A DNA stretch of 25,992 nt from a virus (Duplodnaviria; Caudoviricetes), in the IMG/VR virus record IMGVR_UViG_3300027213_000010, positions 1-25,992 of that record; one strand, 5' to 3'. Both the position numbers and the translations under genes were made by a program. This document shows positions 13,371 to 21,931 of the stretch, piece after piece (the stretch's first letter is position 1; each line of letters begins with the position of its first letter). The notes under the pieces were generated by a model. The model ran no database searches. It saw only the letters and a list, made by a program, of their open reading frames with translations, and was not told the DNA's origin.

Positions 13371-16300
13371 CTCTGCTGCACCGTCGATGGTAAATAGTCC
13401 GGCGGCGTAGGCGTCAAGCCCTTGCGCAATAAACGAGTTGCCATCGGTGTCGCAGGGGTGCTCGACAGCGCGGATGGTAGTTTCGCCTTCCTCTTCCATG
13501 TTCACCTCGGTGACGCGGAAGACGCGCTTGTTGCGGACTGCTTGCCCCAGCACAAACAACTGGCCCGACTGTGGGCTGAGGCTGGCTGCTACTCCGCCAG
13601 TGACGGTGATGCCTGTGAACGAGCGGGTGCCGTCGCTGCTGCCGTAGGTCAGCACGTTGTAAGTGCCGTTGGGGATGGCGCTGGCAATTGGCACATTCAG
13701 CACACCGCCGTCCTCGATGCGCCCGGTGTAAATGCCATCCCACTGGTTGTTGCTGGTTTCGACGTACACATAGCTGCCAGGCATCACGAAGATGTCGGTC
13801 GGAAAAGTCGTAAACTCAATGGCGCGGCGGTTGAAACGGCGAAGCTGGCATAGGTACTTGCCAAGCAAAATGGCTTGGGCGCGAGTGGTAACAAACTGCG
13901 AAATGTCTAAGCTTTCGCGAACAGCGTTGGCGTCTTGGGTATCGGTGCGCTTAATTTCCACGCTGTTGTTGCGCGGGAACACACCGTTGCGCTCCACGTC
14001 GCGGTAGATCAGCGTGATGATTACATCTTGAACACTGGCGCCGTAGTCGATGAACTCTTCCTTGAAGCTGTCGTCCAGAATGTTGCCTTGGTTGAACAAA
14101 GCCGTAATATTGATGGCGCGGGTGATGGCGCCAGTGTCTTTGACATAGGGCAGCGCCGGCACCAGCGTTTCCCTGCCGCCAATCTTACCCAGTTCCAGCA
14201 GGCTAAATGGTGCCACCTGCGCCCAAAACTCACGCCATGGCCGCTGATCAGCAATCATGCCATCCATAAATAGGCGGTTGTACTGGCAGTAGCGCTTGCT
14301 TTCTGCTAGTTGCGCCACGTCGACAGAATGCAAGCTGGCGAATTGCCCGATGCCGTTGATGTCATCTAGCACCGTGTCAAGGAAGATGTCTGGTGCGAAG
14401 CTACTGGATTGGCTGGGTGAACTATTTGCCAAAGCGGTTATTGCGCCGTCGCTTGCGTATGCGCCCAAGGTGGTGCTAAGCGGACGAAGCAGCTTACCTT
14501 CTGTAACATATACGCTGGTTTCACGCAAATCCTGAGTGCCGGGACCTGCCGTTAAATGCAGCGACAAAATAGATAGGCCCTTATATAGATCTTTGTTATA
14601 AGTGTCCCATGGTGCAATGATCTGCTCATTTACCGAGTTAATTTTAATTTCAGGTGCTGAGTCAAATGAAAAGTTAGAATTGCTAAAGGCGTCGTAGTTG
14701 AACAGGTCGAACTCGCTGGTGTCGCGGGGGCTTTTATCAATAGGCGGGTAATCAGTAGATGGTTTGGTTGATCCATTGAAAAACACTTGAATATTGCCGT
14801 CTCCGGTTAATGCTGTGGTGTCAAGTTTTACTAATTCACCTAACGGCTCTAGATAGCAAAAACCTTTGGCGGCGTTGCTCTTTTCGCTAGGCGGATCTAC
14901 AACTGGTTCCAGGCGCACCTCAAATTGTTTTGGTGTGCCCGTGGTGAGCAGCTTAAGAAAGGTAAAACTTGTTTGTTCGTTTACGCCACGGCAGCAAAAG
15001 ATATATGGAAGTGTTTTTTCGTTTTCGCCATCTAGCTTGTAATGCAGCACAAACATCGAGGTGCGTGGTTTGGGGCCATTATCGGATGCGGAGTGTCCAT
15101 ATCTTTTTCGGTCGCTGCCGTACACATTGGCGCGGCCACTTAACCGTCTGTAAACAGAAAACTTAATGACAAGATCCAGTACGTTGCATTTTGTCACGGA
15201 GACATATGATGCCTCTTGGATGCGGGCCAAGCCCTTTGCATGGAACGGCGCAACTGCAGTTACGTTGCGCAAGTCTTCAATTTCTTCGTTTTCAAGCGAC
15301 AGTACCGCGACAGCATTTTGATCTGCCAAAAGTTCAGCTTCAAGGTTTGCCCGTACTTCAGGTTTAAGCTTTTTGAGTAGTTTCTTTTGAGCGGATTCGA
15401 TGCTTTTATTCAAAGCTTTGATTTGTTCTGCGTTGTCTTTAATTTGCTGATTTTGCTGTTTTGCTGTTTCGCCTAAGATGTCCCGCCAGTGTGTAATGCT
15501 GTAAGCAAGTCGCGGCATTCTGCCAGTGCGGATGCACTCCATCCTGACTGTCATTGGCCCTTCTTCAATGCTGCTGTTTCCTGCGCCAAAACTTACGCTG
15601 CCTATGACGCGAAAAATGGCCGTGCCAGCCTTAAAAATATTTCCATTGTCGATTATGGCCGCTGCTGCTCGCTGTGCATCCTGACGCGCAATGCCTTCGG
15701 TGTCTGTGGTTAGCAGTGCTTCTTTTGTAGTTGGGATACTCAATGTCCACTTGCTACCTAAAGGCACCAGTGGACGGGCGTCGCCAGCTCCTGACCAGTA
15801 TCCTCCGCCGTCCGCTACAAACGTAATGCTGTTATTGAGGCGCTCTATTCCTCCATTGTTTTTAAGTACCAGTACATCTGCGTTTATGGGTATAAAACCG
15901 TTGACGCCAACAGCATTAGCCGTTGTAGGTGAAAACGATTGGCTAAAGCCATCTCGTTCGCCAGATACATTTGTTAAATCTGCGGTGTACTGCGCGTCTT
16001 TTGTGTAGCGAGGGTCAGAAGCTGCTGAGTTTCCTTCTGTTGAAAGCAAGTCTTCGTATTTTGTAGCGCCATTGCTGTTGTAGTACTGCCAGACATTTGC
16101 CAGTGCAATGTCTTTGGCTGGTAACTGGCCAAGGGCAGTGCGATTAGGGTCAAGGGTTTTAATTGTTGATGCGCCGATGGCCGCCATCAGTTGCATAAAC
16201 TGATTATTGCCAAAGCTTAAAATGGCGCTCCACAGCAGCAGCGTTGATACACGAACGCCGCCGCTGGCATTTTGACTGATGTTTGTATACACCAGAGGTA

Positions 16301-16616
16301 CAGCTTCACCGTAAACTGCTAGCTCTTGGCTGCCGTTAAATCCAGTCCGTGGGGCTAAAACCTGATCGCGGGTTTGTGGTGTACCACCGCCAGTACCAGG
16401 CTTGGGCATCAGTAATGCCGATGCAACCTGAAGCAGGACGCCGACAACAAAAAGAACAATTGAGGTAATCAGAGGATCATTCCGTATATCCAACACCGTC
16501 CCTTCTTTTACATCTTCGTAGATGTGCTGCTGCGCTACAAAGTCGAGATAGTCTTCTTTGCTGACGCCTAACGCATCAATCAAGTCGTATTCGTAAGGCA
16601 GTAATTTGCGGGTCAT
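13368..16616 (-). CDS. Tail tip / central hub protein (lambda J-like position)
   Basis: 1082 aa; follows the tape measure and M/L/K-like genes; hydrophobic segment LITSIVLFVVGVLLQVASALLMPKP, then YGEAVPLVY and PGSYVYV..FRVTEV typical of tip attachment proteins. Confidence 0.75.
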   Translation of the reverse strand: MTRKLLPYEYDLIDALGVSKEDYLDFVAQQHIYEDVKEGTVLDIRNDPLITSIVLFVVGVLLQVASALLMPKPGTGGGTPQTRDQVLAPRTGFNGSQELAVYGEAVPLVYTNISQNASGGVRVSTLLLWSAILSFGNNQFMQLMAAIGASTIKTLDPNRTALGQLPAKDIALANVWQYYNSNGATKYEDLLSTEGNSAASDPRYTKDAQYTADLTNVSGERDGFSQSFSPTTANAVGVNGFIPINADVLVLKNNGGIERLNNSITFVADGGGYWSGAGDARPLVPLGSKWTLSIPTTKEALLTTDTEGIARQDAQRAAAAIIDNGNIFKAGTAIFRVIGSVSFGAGNSSIEEGPMTVRMECIRTGRMPRLAYSITHWRDILGETAKQQNQQIKDNAEQIKALNKSIESAQKKLLKKLKPEVRANLEAELLADQNAVAVLSLENEEIEDLRNVTAVAPFHAKGLARIQEASYVSVTKCNVLDLVIKFSVYRRLSGRANVYGSDRKRYGHSASDNGPKPRTSMFVLHYKLDGENEKTLPYIFCCRGVNEQTSFTFLKLLTTGTPKQFEVRLEPVVDPPSEKSNAAKGFCYLEPLGELVKLDTTALTGDGNIQVFFNGSTKPSTDYPPIDKSPRDTSEFDLFNYDAFSNSNFSFDSAPEIKINSVNEQIIAPWDTYNKDLYKGLSILSLHLTAGPGTQDLRETSVYVTEGKLLRPLSTTLGAYASDGAITALANSSPSQSSSFAPDIFLDTVLDDINGIGQFASLHSVDVAQLAESKRYCQYNRLFMDGMIADQRPWREFWAQVAPFSLLELGKIGGRETLVPALPYVKDTGAITRAINITALFNQGNILDDSFKEEFIDYGASVQDVIITLIYRDVERNGVFPRNNSVEIKRTDTQDANAVRESLDISQFVTTRAQAILLGKYLCQLRRFNRRAIEFTTFPTDIFVMPGSYVYVETSNNQWDGIYTGRIEDGGVLNVPIASAIPNGTYNVLTYGSSDGTRSFTGITVTGGVAASLSPQSGQLFVLGQAVRNKRVFRVTEVNMEEEGETTIRAVEHPCDTDGNSFIAQGLDAYAAGLFTIDGAAE

Positions 16617-17014
16617 TTGTTTAACCTAAAGTGATGACCATAATCAAAAGGAATCGGAGCTTTTACTACGCCAGCACTGCCAGTTATATACAGCGTGTGG
16701 CCATCATCTAGCACTGTTCCCATGGCTCCCCCATCATTTCCAAGCATTAACACTACCGCATGTGGCTCTGGGCTTCGGAGTCTAACGCCATTCTTCAGCA
16801 ACCATTCGGCCATGCGACGTCGGGGAAATGTATCGTCGGTGTAATTGTTTTCTTCAATGATTGCTAAAATATCATCAGTGTAATCATAATAACCCAGCCT
16901 TTTGCGTACTTCAGCAGCAAGTAAGCAGCAGTCAACCGTGCCACTACCATCGCCCGGCCTAGCCGCCCAGGCTCGTTTAAGACCGATCAGATCATTGCAG
17001 GACAAGTTGGGCAT
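16613..17014 (-). CDS. NlpC/P60-like tail assembly protein (lambda K-like)
   Basis: DLIGL...G.G.VDCCLLAAEVRKRLG; syntenic position; exact start uncertain. Confidence 0.65.
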   Translation of the reverse strand: MPNLSCNDLIGLKRAWAARPGDGSGTVDCCLLAAEVRKRLGYYDYTDDILAIIEENNYTDDTFPRRRMAEWLLKNGVRLRSPEPHAVVLMLGNDGGAMGTVLDDGHTLYITGSAGVVKAPIPFDYGHHFRLNK

Positions 17015-17456
17015 TTAGCGGGAGGGGGCCGACCAGGCTGCGGGTAAGGGTTTGCGCGGGGAATGCAGCGCCAACGGAATCCATGGCAGTGCGGTAGCGC
17101 AGTTCAATCGTAGTATCGGAATAGCTGGCGCCAATGCCGACGTAACGCTCTTCGTAGGTGCGTGATGGCGCTAACGCAGCATTAAGCCATTGGGTGGTAA
17201 TGGTCAGGCGGCTAAGGCGGTTACCGTCGCCCTGCTCCACTAGCCGGATGGCGTATTCGACATTGGGGAACAGCACCCGCACTAGGGCGTTGTCGCCGTT
17301 GAGGTTAGCGGTGCTGCCTTCGGCGCGGAATGGCGCAAACTCAAAGCGGGCACCAGCCAAAGTGCGTGGTTCTTGGACGAAGAAGTTCTGGTAGCGGTGG
17401 CGCACACCGTTGGCAGTGGTCAGGTCGAAATACTGCGCGATGCGGATTTCGGTCAT
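16992..17456 (-). CDS. Minor tail protein (lambda L-like position)
   Basis: RYQNFF...FEFAPF...MDSVGAAFPAQTLTRSLVGPLP; synteny. Confidence 0.6.
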   Translation of the reverse strand: MTEIRIAQYFDLTTANGVRHRYQNFFVQEPRTLAGARFEFAPFRAEGSTANLNGDNALVRVLFPNVEYAIRLVEQGDGNRLSRLTITTQWLNAALAPSRTYEERYVGIGASYSDTTIELRYRTAMDSVGAAFPAQTLTRSLVGPLPLNAQLVLQ

Positions 17457-17836
17457 CGGATTTCGCCTATCAGCTTGACCGTGACGCTGCTGCGATCACG
17501 CAAGACACTGCTAACGCTAGGCGGCTCGGCGTACAGCCACTCGATGCCAGCGGGGGTCTGGGCGCGGTTGCGCAAGTCAGCGCTGTATCCGGCAAACACC
17601 GTTGCAGGCAAGGTAAAGCCAAGTGTGCCGCCGCCTTGGGTGTTGTAGTGGTCAATGATCGTGTTGACCGTGGCCTCCGGTACGTTGTCAAACTGCAGGT
17701 CCAACGTGTGGCCAAATGGGCGGTTGCCGAAGCTGCGGCGCAACGTGGCGCCCGACATAGCCCGATACGTCTTGACCGGATACTGCCCAAGTTGAAAGCT
17801 ACGAGCGGTTGGTGTTAGTGCAGGGAAGTCAGCCAT
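17453..17836 (-). CDS. Distal tail-like minor tail protein (lambda M-like position)
   Basis: FPALTPTARS...LDLQFDNV...IIDHY...WLYAEPPSV; directly after the tape measure gene. Confidence 0.7.
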   Translation of the reverse strand: MADFPALTPTARSFQLGQYPVKTYRAMSGATLRRSFGNRPFGHTLDLQFDNVPEATVNTIIDHYNTQGGGTLGFTLPATVFAGYSADLRNRAQTPAGIEWLYAEPPSVSSVLRDRSSVTVKLIGEIR

Positions 17837-20142
17837 TAGATGCCAACCCTCCGGCGGGTGGAGTTGCTGTTCTGGATGCGGTCTAGGGTCATTGTCATGC
17901 CGCGCTGGGCGCCATCGCGTGATGCATTGCGCCTAGTCTCAGCCATTGCCTGCTCCAGTTGATCGCGGCTGACATATTCCACGCCGCCAATGGTGGTGCT
18001 TTCAAAGCTCATGTTAAGCACAGGCGAGCCAGCAGCACCACCGCCTTGACTGTTCATTGCAGAGCGCAGGTCATTGTTAGACATCACGCCGCCGTTACTG
18101 CCCGGCACAAACAACTCAGGGCCACGCTCGCCTACCAGATAAGGTGTGCCGCCTGCGGCTGGGCCGCCACCTGCACGGCCTGCCAGCTTGGGCATTGAGA
18201 ACGCACCAGGGTTGAATTTGGGGCCACCGCCGCCAAACGCTTTAGGCCCTGCAGCGTTGCCTGCGCCTTTAATACCACCGCCAGCCACGGCACCCAACGC
18301 CTGCAGGATCAGTTGCAGCGTAATCATCACCAACTGCTTAGCAATAATCTCAGTTGCCATGCTGACGAACATATCGCCCACGGACTTGAAGAACGATGAA
18401 AGCGCTTCTTGGGCAGACATCGACCCACTAATCAAGCCTTGGAACGCTTGGCTAAAGGCTGCACCAATACCATCAGCCACCGTAATGGCGATGTTGCCGA
18501 TGTTGGTAAGCTCGGCGATTTCATCTTTGAGTGTGCCGATGCGTTTTTCAATAGTTTGCGCAGCAGTATCTGGCGCGGCTATTTGAGCTTGCAGGCCAGT
18601 GATTTGCCCAACTTGTTCATCCGTAAATCCTTGCCCTTCAAGCTTGCGTAGTTCATTTTTAAGCCTTAGCTGCTCACGCGCTTCTTCGGTGGTAGCGGTT
18701 TTAAGTGCTAACTCTAGTTCAAGGCCAGCGATGATTTCATCAAAGTTTTTTTCTTGCTGCGCTTGCAATGCAATAACATCTTGCACGCCTTTATTGGTAA
18801 TAGATTGCAGCTTGACCCGTCCTGCTGCAGCTATGGCAAGCCTAGCGGCGGCGTCTGCTTCTTCACTCATTGCCTTTGCAATATCATTTTCTGCTAAAAC
18901 TTGTTGCTCTAGCGTTTGTAAGTTGAGTACGCGTATGGCGTCTCCTTTTTGCTCCGCTTCAAATATCTCATTTGCAAATCTAAGCTGCACCTCTAGTTGC
19001 TGTGTAATAAATTGCTGATCCTTTATTACATCAGCAACGCGCTGTGACTCCCTTAGTTTTTCATCTGCTGCCCGCTTGGCATCGCTGGCCGCTTTGCTGG
19101 CGCCACCACCGCCACCACCGGCACGGCCACCACCGCCGCCTAGAAGCGCCGGCACGCCCATAGGGACTGCGGCGGACGGCGCGGCAGGCTTGGGGTTTGC
19201 ACTTGCATTAAATAATTGTTTTTGTAAATTAGCTTCAAAATTTTGAGCTTCTTGGTCAAATGGGTTAGCCGCTCGAAACGCCCCAAACTTTTTGCGAGTT
19301 TGTATTGCGGCTTGTTCGTTTGCTTTTAGCTGTGCAGATGCCCTTAGTCCATTATTAACACGATCAAGGAAAGCATTAATACCGTCAATTAAAAACTTAA
19401 ATACAGGCGCAAAAAACGTGCCTATGTTTCTTGCAAGCTGCTCAAATGAGTCCTGCAAGGTTGATAGTTTACCATTTAGCGTATCGCTTTGCGCAATGGC
19501 GCCATTGGCGTATTTACCACCTGCGCTGGTAAGCCGCAGTATCGCAACTTCTACAGCTTCAGATCCGATGCGCCCTTTCTCTAGCGCCTTTTGGAACTCT
19601 TCTCCTGAGAGTCCATACATCTTGCGCAGCTCTGTTTGCAGCGCAACGCCTCGCTCTTGGAACTGCAGCAGCTCTTCACCTTGTAGTCGGCCCTTGGCTT
19701 GCACCTGCCCGTAGGCCGTCACCAATCCAGATAGCTCAGCACCAGTGGCACCACTTACATCTGCTAGCCGCTTGGTGGTTTCAACTACCTTGTCAGCTTC
19801 AACGCCAAACGCTTGCAGCCGTTTAGCTGAGTCAATCAGCTCAGTGCTAGTAAATGGCGTGACGGCGCCAAGTTGCTGCAACTCTTTGATGATCTGCCCA
19901 GCCTTTTCGGCGCTGCCTGTTAATACCTGCAGACTGCGCGTCTGGCTTTCTAGCTCAGCAGCTTTTACAAATACAAATCTTGCCGCTTGAATGCCAGCAA
20001 ATGCAATCGCTAGCTTGCCAACTGCTGCTGCTATACCACCAAACGCTTTTTCAGTCTGATGCGCCTGCGTCTGCACCTGCCGCAGCTTGCTAACAGCACC
20101 GCTGCTGTCAACGTTGATGGCGACATTAGCAACAACCGACAC
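17836..20142 (-). CDS. Tail tape measure protein
   Basis: Tape-measure N-terminal domain TPFTSTELIDSAKRLQAFG...YGQVQAKGRLQGEELLQFQERGV; helical Ala/Gln-rich core; C-terminal RAGGGP...YLVGERGPELFVP. Confidence 0.93.
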   Translation of the reverse strand: MSVVANVAINVDSSGAVSKLRQVQTQAHQTEKAFGGIAAAVGKLAIAFAGIQAARFVFVKAAELESQTRSLQVLTGSAEKAGQIIKELQQLGAVTPFTSTELIDSAKRLQAFGVEADKVVETTKRLADVSGATGAELSGLVTAYGQVQAKGRLQGEELLQFQERGVALQTELRKMYGLSGEEFQKALEKGRIGSEAVEVAILRLTSAGGKYANGAIAQSDTLNGKLSTLQDSFEQLARNIGTFFAPVFKFLIDGINAFLDRVNNGLRASAQLKANEQAAIQTRKKFGAFRAANPFDQEAQNFEANLQKQLFNASANPKPAAPSAAVPMGVPALLGGGGGRAGGGGGGASKAASDAKRAADEKLRESQRVADVIKDQQFITQQLEVQLRFANEIFEAEQKGDAIRVLNLQTLEQQVLAENDIAKAMSEEADAAARLAIAAAGRVKLQSITNKGVQDVIALQAQQEKNFDEIIAGLELELALKTATTEEAREQLRLKNELRKLEGQGFTDEQVGQITGLQAQIAAPDTAAQTIEKRIGTLKDEIAELTNIGNIAITVADGIGAAFSQAFQGLISGSMSAQEALSSFFKSVGDMFVSMATEIIAKQLVMITLQLILQALGAVAGGGIKGAGNAAGPKAFGGGGPKFNPGAFSMPKLAGRAGGGPAAGGTPYLVGERGPELFVPGSNGGVMSNNDLRSAMNSQGGGAAGSPVLNMSFESTTIGGVEYVSRDQLEQAMAETRRNASRDGAQRGMTMTLDRIQNSNSTRRRVGI

Positions 20143-20146
20143 AGCC

Positions 20147-20332
20147 CTACCGCCTTTGCTTCATTCTACGCTCTTGCTCTTCATTGGTCACATCAAAATA
20201 AGCTGACCACAGCAGCAACTCTTCCATTGTCAACTCTGACTTCAGCCGTATCAAGGTGTAGCCAAGCTCTTTAGCTACACCCATCTGCAGCATCAGCAGG
20301 TTGTCACGCTTTAGCTCCGCCTTTAACGCTTT
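20147..20332 (-). CDS. Tail assembly chaperone gpT segment (probably frameshift-fused to gpG)
   Basis: Open frame KALKAELKRDNLLMLQMGVAKELGYTLIRLKSELTMEELLLWSAYFDVTNEEQERRMKQRR*, which has the gpT-like 'LA.ELG.T...L...LT..EL..W.AY' pattern; overlaps the end of gpG. Confidence 0.75.
   Translation of the reverse strand, partial: KALKAELKRDNLLMLQMGVAKELGYTLIRLKSELTMEELLLWSAYFDVTNEEQERRMKQRR
20163..20168 (-). promoter_or_regulatory. Candidate -10-only late promoter (TAGAAT)
   Basis: 20 nt upstream of the tape measure GTG 20142; 5/6 match to TATAAT. Confidence 0.4.
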
Positions 20333-20663
20333 TCATATCAAGCTCCTCGGTTTCCTCCGGGTTGGTGATAATGGCAAGCATCATCTGCTGAAGGTCAGCA
20401 TCTAGTACCTCGTTCTTTAGCTCCGCAATTTCACCGGCAGTAAACAGCCGCTTGCCGGTGTCGTCAACGGCTTTGGTAACCAGCAGGTTTAGCGCAAAGC
20501 CATTGGTGTCATCGCCGCCTGGCATCTTCTGCGCACGCTCGCGCTCTGCCATGGTCAGGGGTGCTGAGTAAAACTCAAACACCGTATCATCATTGAGGGT
20601 AACGGTGCGCTTGGTCGGGGTCAGATTAGCTGCTTTCTTGAGACGCTCTAAAGCGGATGCCAT
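20304..20663 (-). CDS. Tail assembly chaperone gpG (119 aa)
   Basis: MASALERLKKAANL...PLTMAERERAQK...KAVDDTGKRLF; lies between the major tail and tape measure genes; the longer start at 20696 abuts the terminator. Confidence 0.85.
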   Translation of the reverse strand: MASALERLKKAANLTPTKRTVTLNDDTVFEFYSAPLTMAERERAQKMPGGDDTNGFALNLLVTKAVDDTGKRLFTAGEIAELKNEVLDADLQQMMLAIITNPEETEELDMKSVKGGAKA

Positions 20664-20696
20664 AAAAAAATTGGGTTGATAGCTGTATTTAAGCAC

Positions 20697-20722
20697 AAAA
20701 AAGCCCCAGCGTCAGCCGGGGC
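20697..20722 (-). terminator. Rho-independent terminator after the major tail gene
   Basis: Minus strand GCCCCGGC-TGAC-GCTGGGGC followed by TTTTTT, about 10 nt after the stop codon. Confidence 0.85.
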
Positions 20723-20731
20723 AATTTGCTA

Positions 20732-21490
20732 TCAGACGCTGGTGCTGAAGTCAAACGTCGGCGCGCTGCTAGGACGGAAGGTGATCTCCACCATCTGGGC
20801 ATCATCTGGGTTGATGTTAAGGCTAGCGGTCAGCAGTACTGCATCCATGGCGATGCTGCGGCTAAGTGCCTCAGTAGCGCCCTTGTCGGTGTACAGCTTG
20901 AAGCCAGCACCAACCTGCTGGCGTTGGATGACGTCTTCCACCATGCGGTTGGATAGTGCTGCATCCTCGCTGGTAACAAAGACGCTAGCGGTGCCATTGC
21001 CATCAGCAAAGCCAGGGATGTAAGCGCGGAATGGCGCATACTGCCCAACAGCTTGACCGATGGTGGTTACGTCGATCTCAGCGCGGCTGATCTCGAAGCT
21101 CCAATTTTGCACCTGCCCAACTGCGGCGTAATCGGCGTAGTACACCTCAAACTCGTTAGGCGCTGCCAGTGTGCCATCATCGGTAATAGCAAGGATGGTG
21201 CCGCCGGCCGTGGTTGATACTGTCAGCGCCCCAGTGGCAGCGGTGTAGCTGAGGACGTAGTAGGTAGTGGCTGCGCTGATTGGCGCAGGCAGCGTGCCAG
21301 AGCCAGCTCCTCCAGTTTGGCTGTCAACAACCCGGAACTTAACAGGATCGCCAACCTTGAAGTTCAAGTAAGCGGCAACAGTGATGATGTCAGTCGCGAC
21401 AGCAACACCAGCTTCGCCAAAGTTGCCGGTGGTGCCAGCAGGTTTGTAGTAAAGAGCGCCGGACGTACCGGACAAGACAGTGACGGCCAT
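20732..21490 (-). CDS. Major tail (tube) protein with inserted beta domain
   Basis: VLSGTSGALYYKPAG...VGQVQNWSFEISRAEIDVTTI...RAYIPGFADGNGTA...VEITFRP; followed by a terminator and the chaperone genes. Confidence 0.88.
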   Translation of the reverse strand: MAVTVLSGTSGALYYKPAGTTGNFGEAGVAVATDIITVAAYLNFKVGDPVKFRVVDSQTGGAGSGTLPAPISAATTYYVLSYTAATGALTVSTTAGGTILAITDDGTLAAPNEFEVYYADYAAVGQVQNWSFEISRAEIDVTTIGQAVGQYAPFRAYIPGFADGNGTASVFVTSEDAALSNRMVEDVIQRQQVGAGFKLYTDKGATEALSRSIAMDAVLLTASLNINPDDAQMVEITFRPSSAPTFDFSTSV

Positions 21491-21516
21491 TGTTGTGAGC
21501 GGTAGTGGCTAGTGAC

Positions 21517-21536
21517 AGTGTACCTAGTCTAGGTAC
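21517..21536 (-). promoter_or_regulatory. Candidate late promoter (TACACT, TAGACT) overlapping a perfect 17-bp palindrome
   Basis: TACACT at 21522-21517 is 26 nt upstream of ATG 21490; GTACCTAG-T-CTAGGTAC at 21520-21536. Confidence 0.45.
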
Positions 21537-21931
21537 GCCTCAAAAGTTGCCGTAAGTTGCGTTTGGTAATACGGCTGCGGTGCTGCTGGCGTTACCTGCG
21601 CTGGGCCTGACGCAGCGTCAAAGATGATGCTGCTGAACTTGGCGCGGTCAAATAAATCTTTCACGCGCTCTGCAATGGTGAAATTAGCGGCAGCGCCAGC
21701 GCCGATAGGGGTGAAGACATTTACCACCAGCGTGCCATTCTGCCGGTTGAAGCTGGTGAGCGTAGCGTAGTTGTTGTCGCCAAACCGTATGAACGCCTGC
21801 AGCCATGGCGTGTTGTTAGGTGGTGTGAATGGTACGTTCTGATAGCTGACGGGGTACACAGGCGCTATGGCCATTTCCGTAGCAATGCGCCCTTCAATGG
21901 CAGCGCGGACATCGTTGTAGGTGCTGCTCAT
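21524..21931 (-). CDS. Tail terminator-like protein (DUF4128-like)
   Basis: VSYQNVPFTPP...PWL...QNGTLVVNVFTPIGAGA...IAERVKDLF; upstream of the major tail gene. Confidence 0.8.
   Translation of the reverse strand: MSSTYNDVRAAIEGRIATEMAIAPVYPVSYQNVPFTPPNNTPWLQAFIRFGDNNYATLTSFNRQNGTLVVNVFTPIGAGAAANFTIAERVKDLFDRAKFSSIIFDAASGPAQVTPAAPQPYYQTQLTATFEAYLD

Noticed and set aside
16985-17000. ATGA overlap suggesting a frameshifted start for the NlpC/P60-like gene
   Set aside because: That ATG reads M-I-stop; in-frame ATG (17014) and TTG starts exist just upstream, so no recoding is needed
19095-19145. CCA/CCG triplet run
   Set aside because: Codes for the poly-Gly linker of the tape measure protein, a common feature
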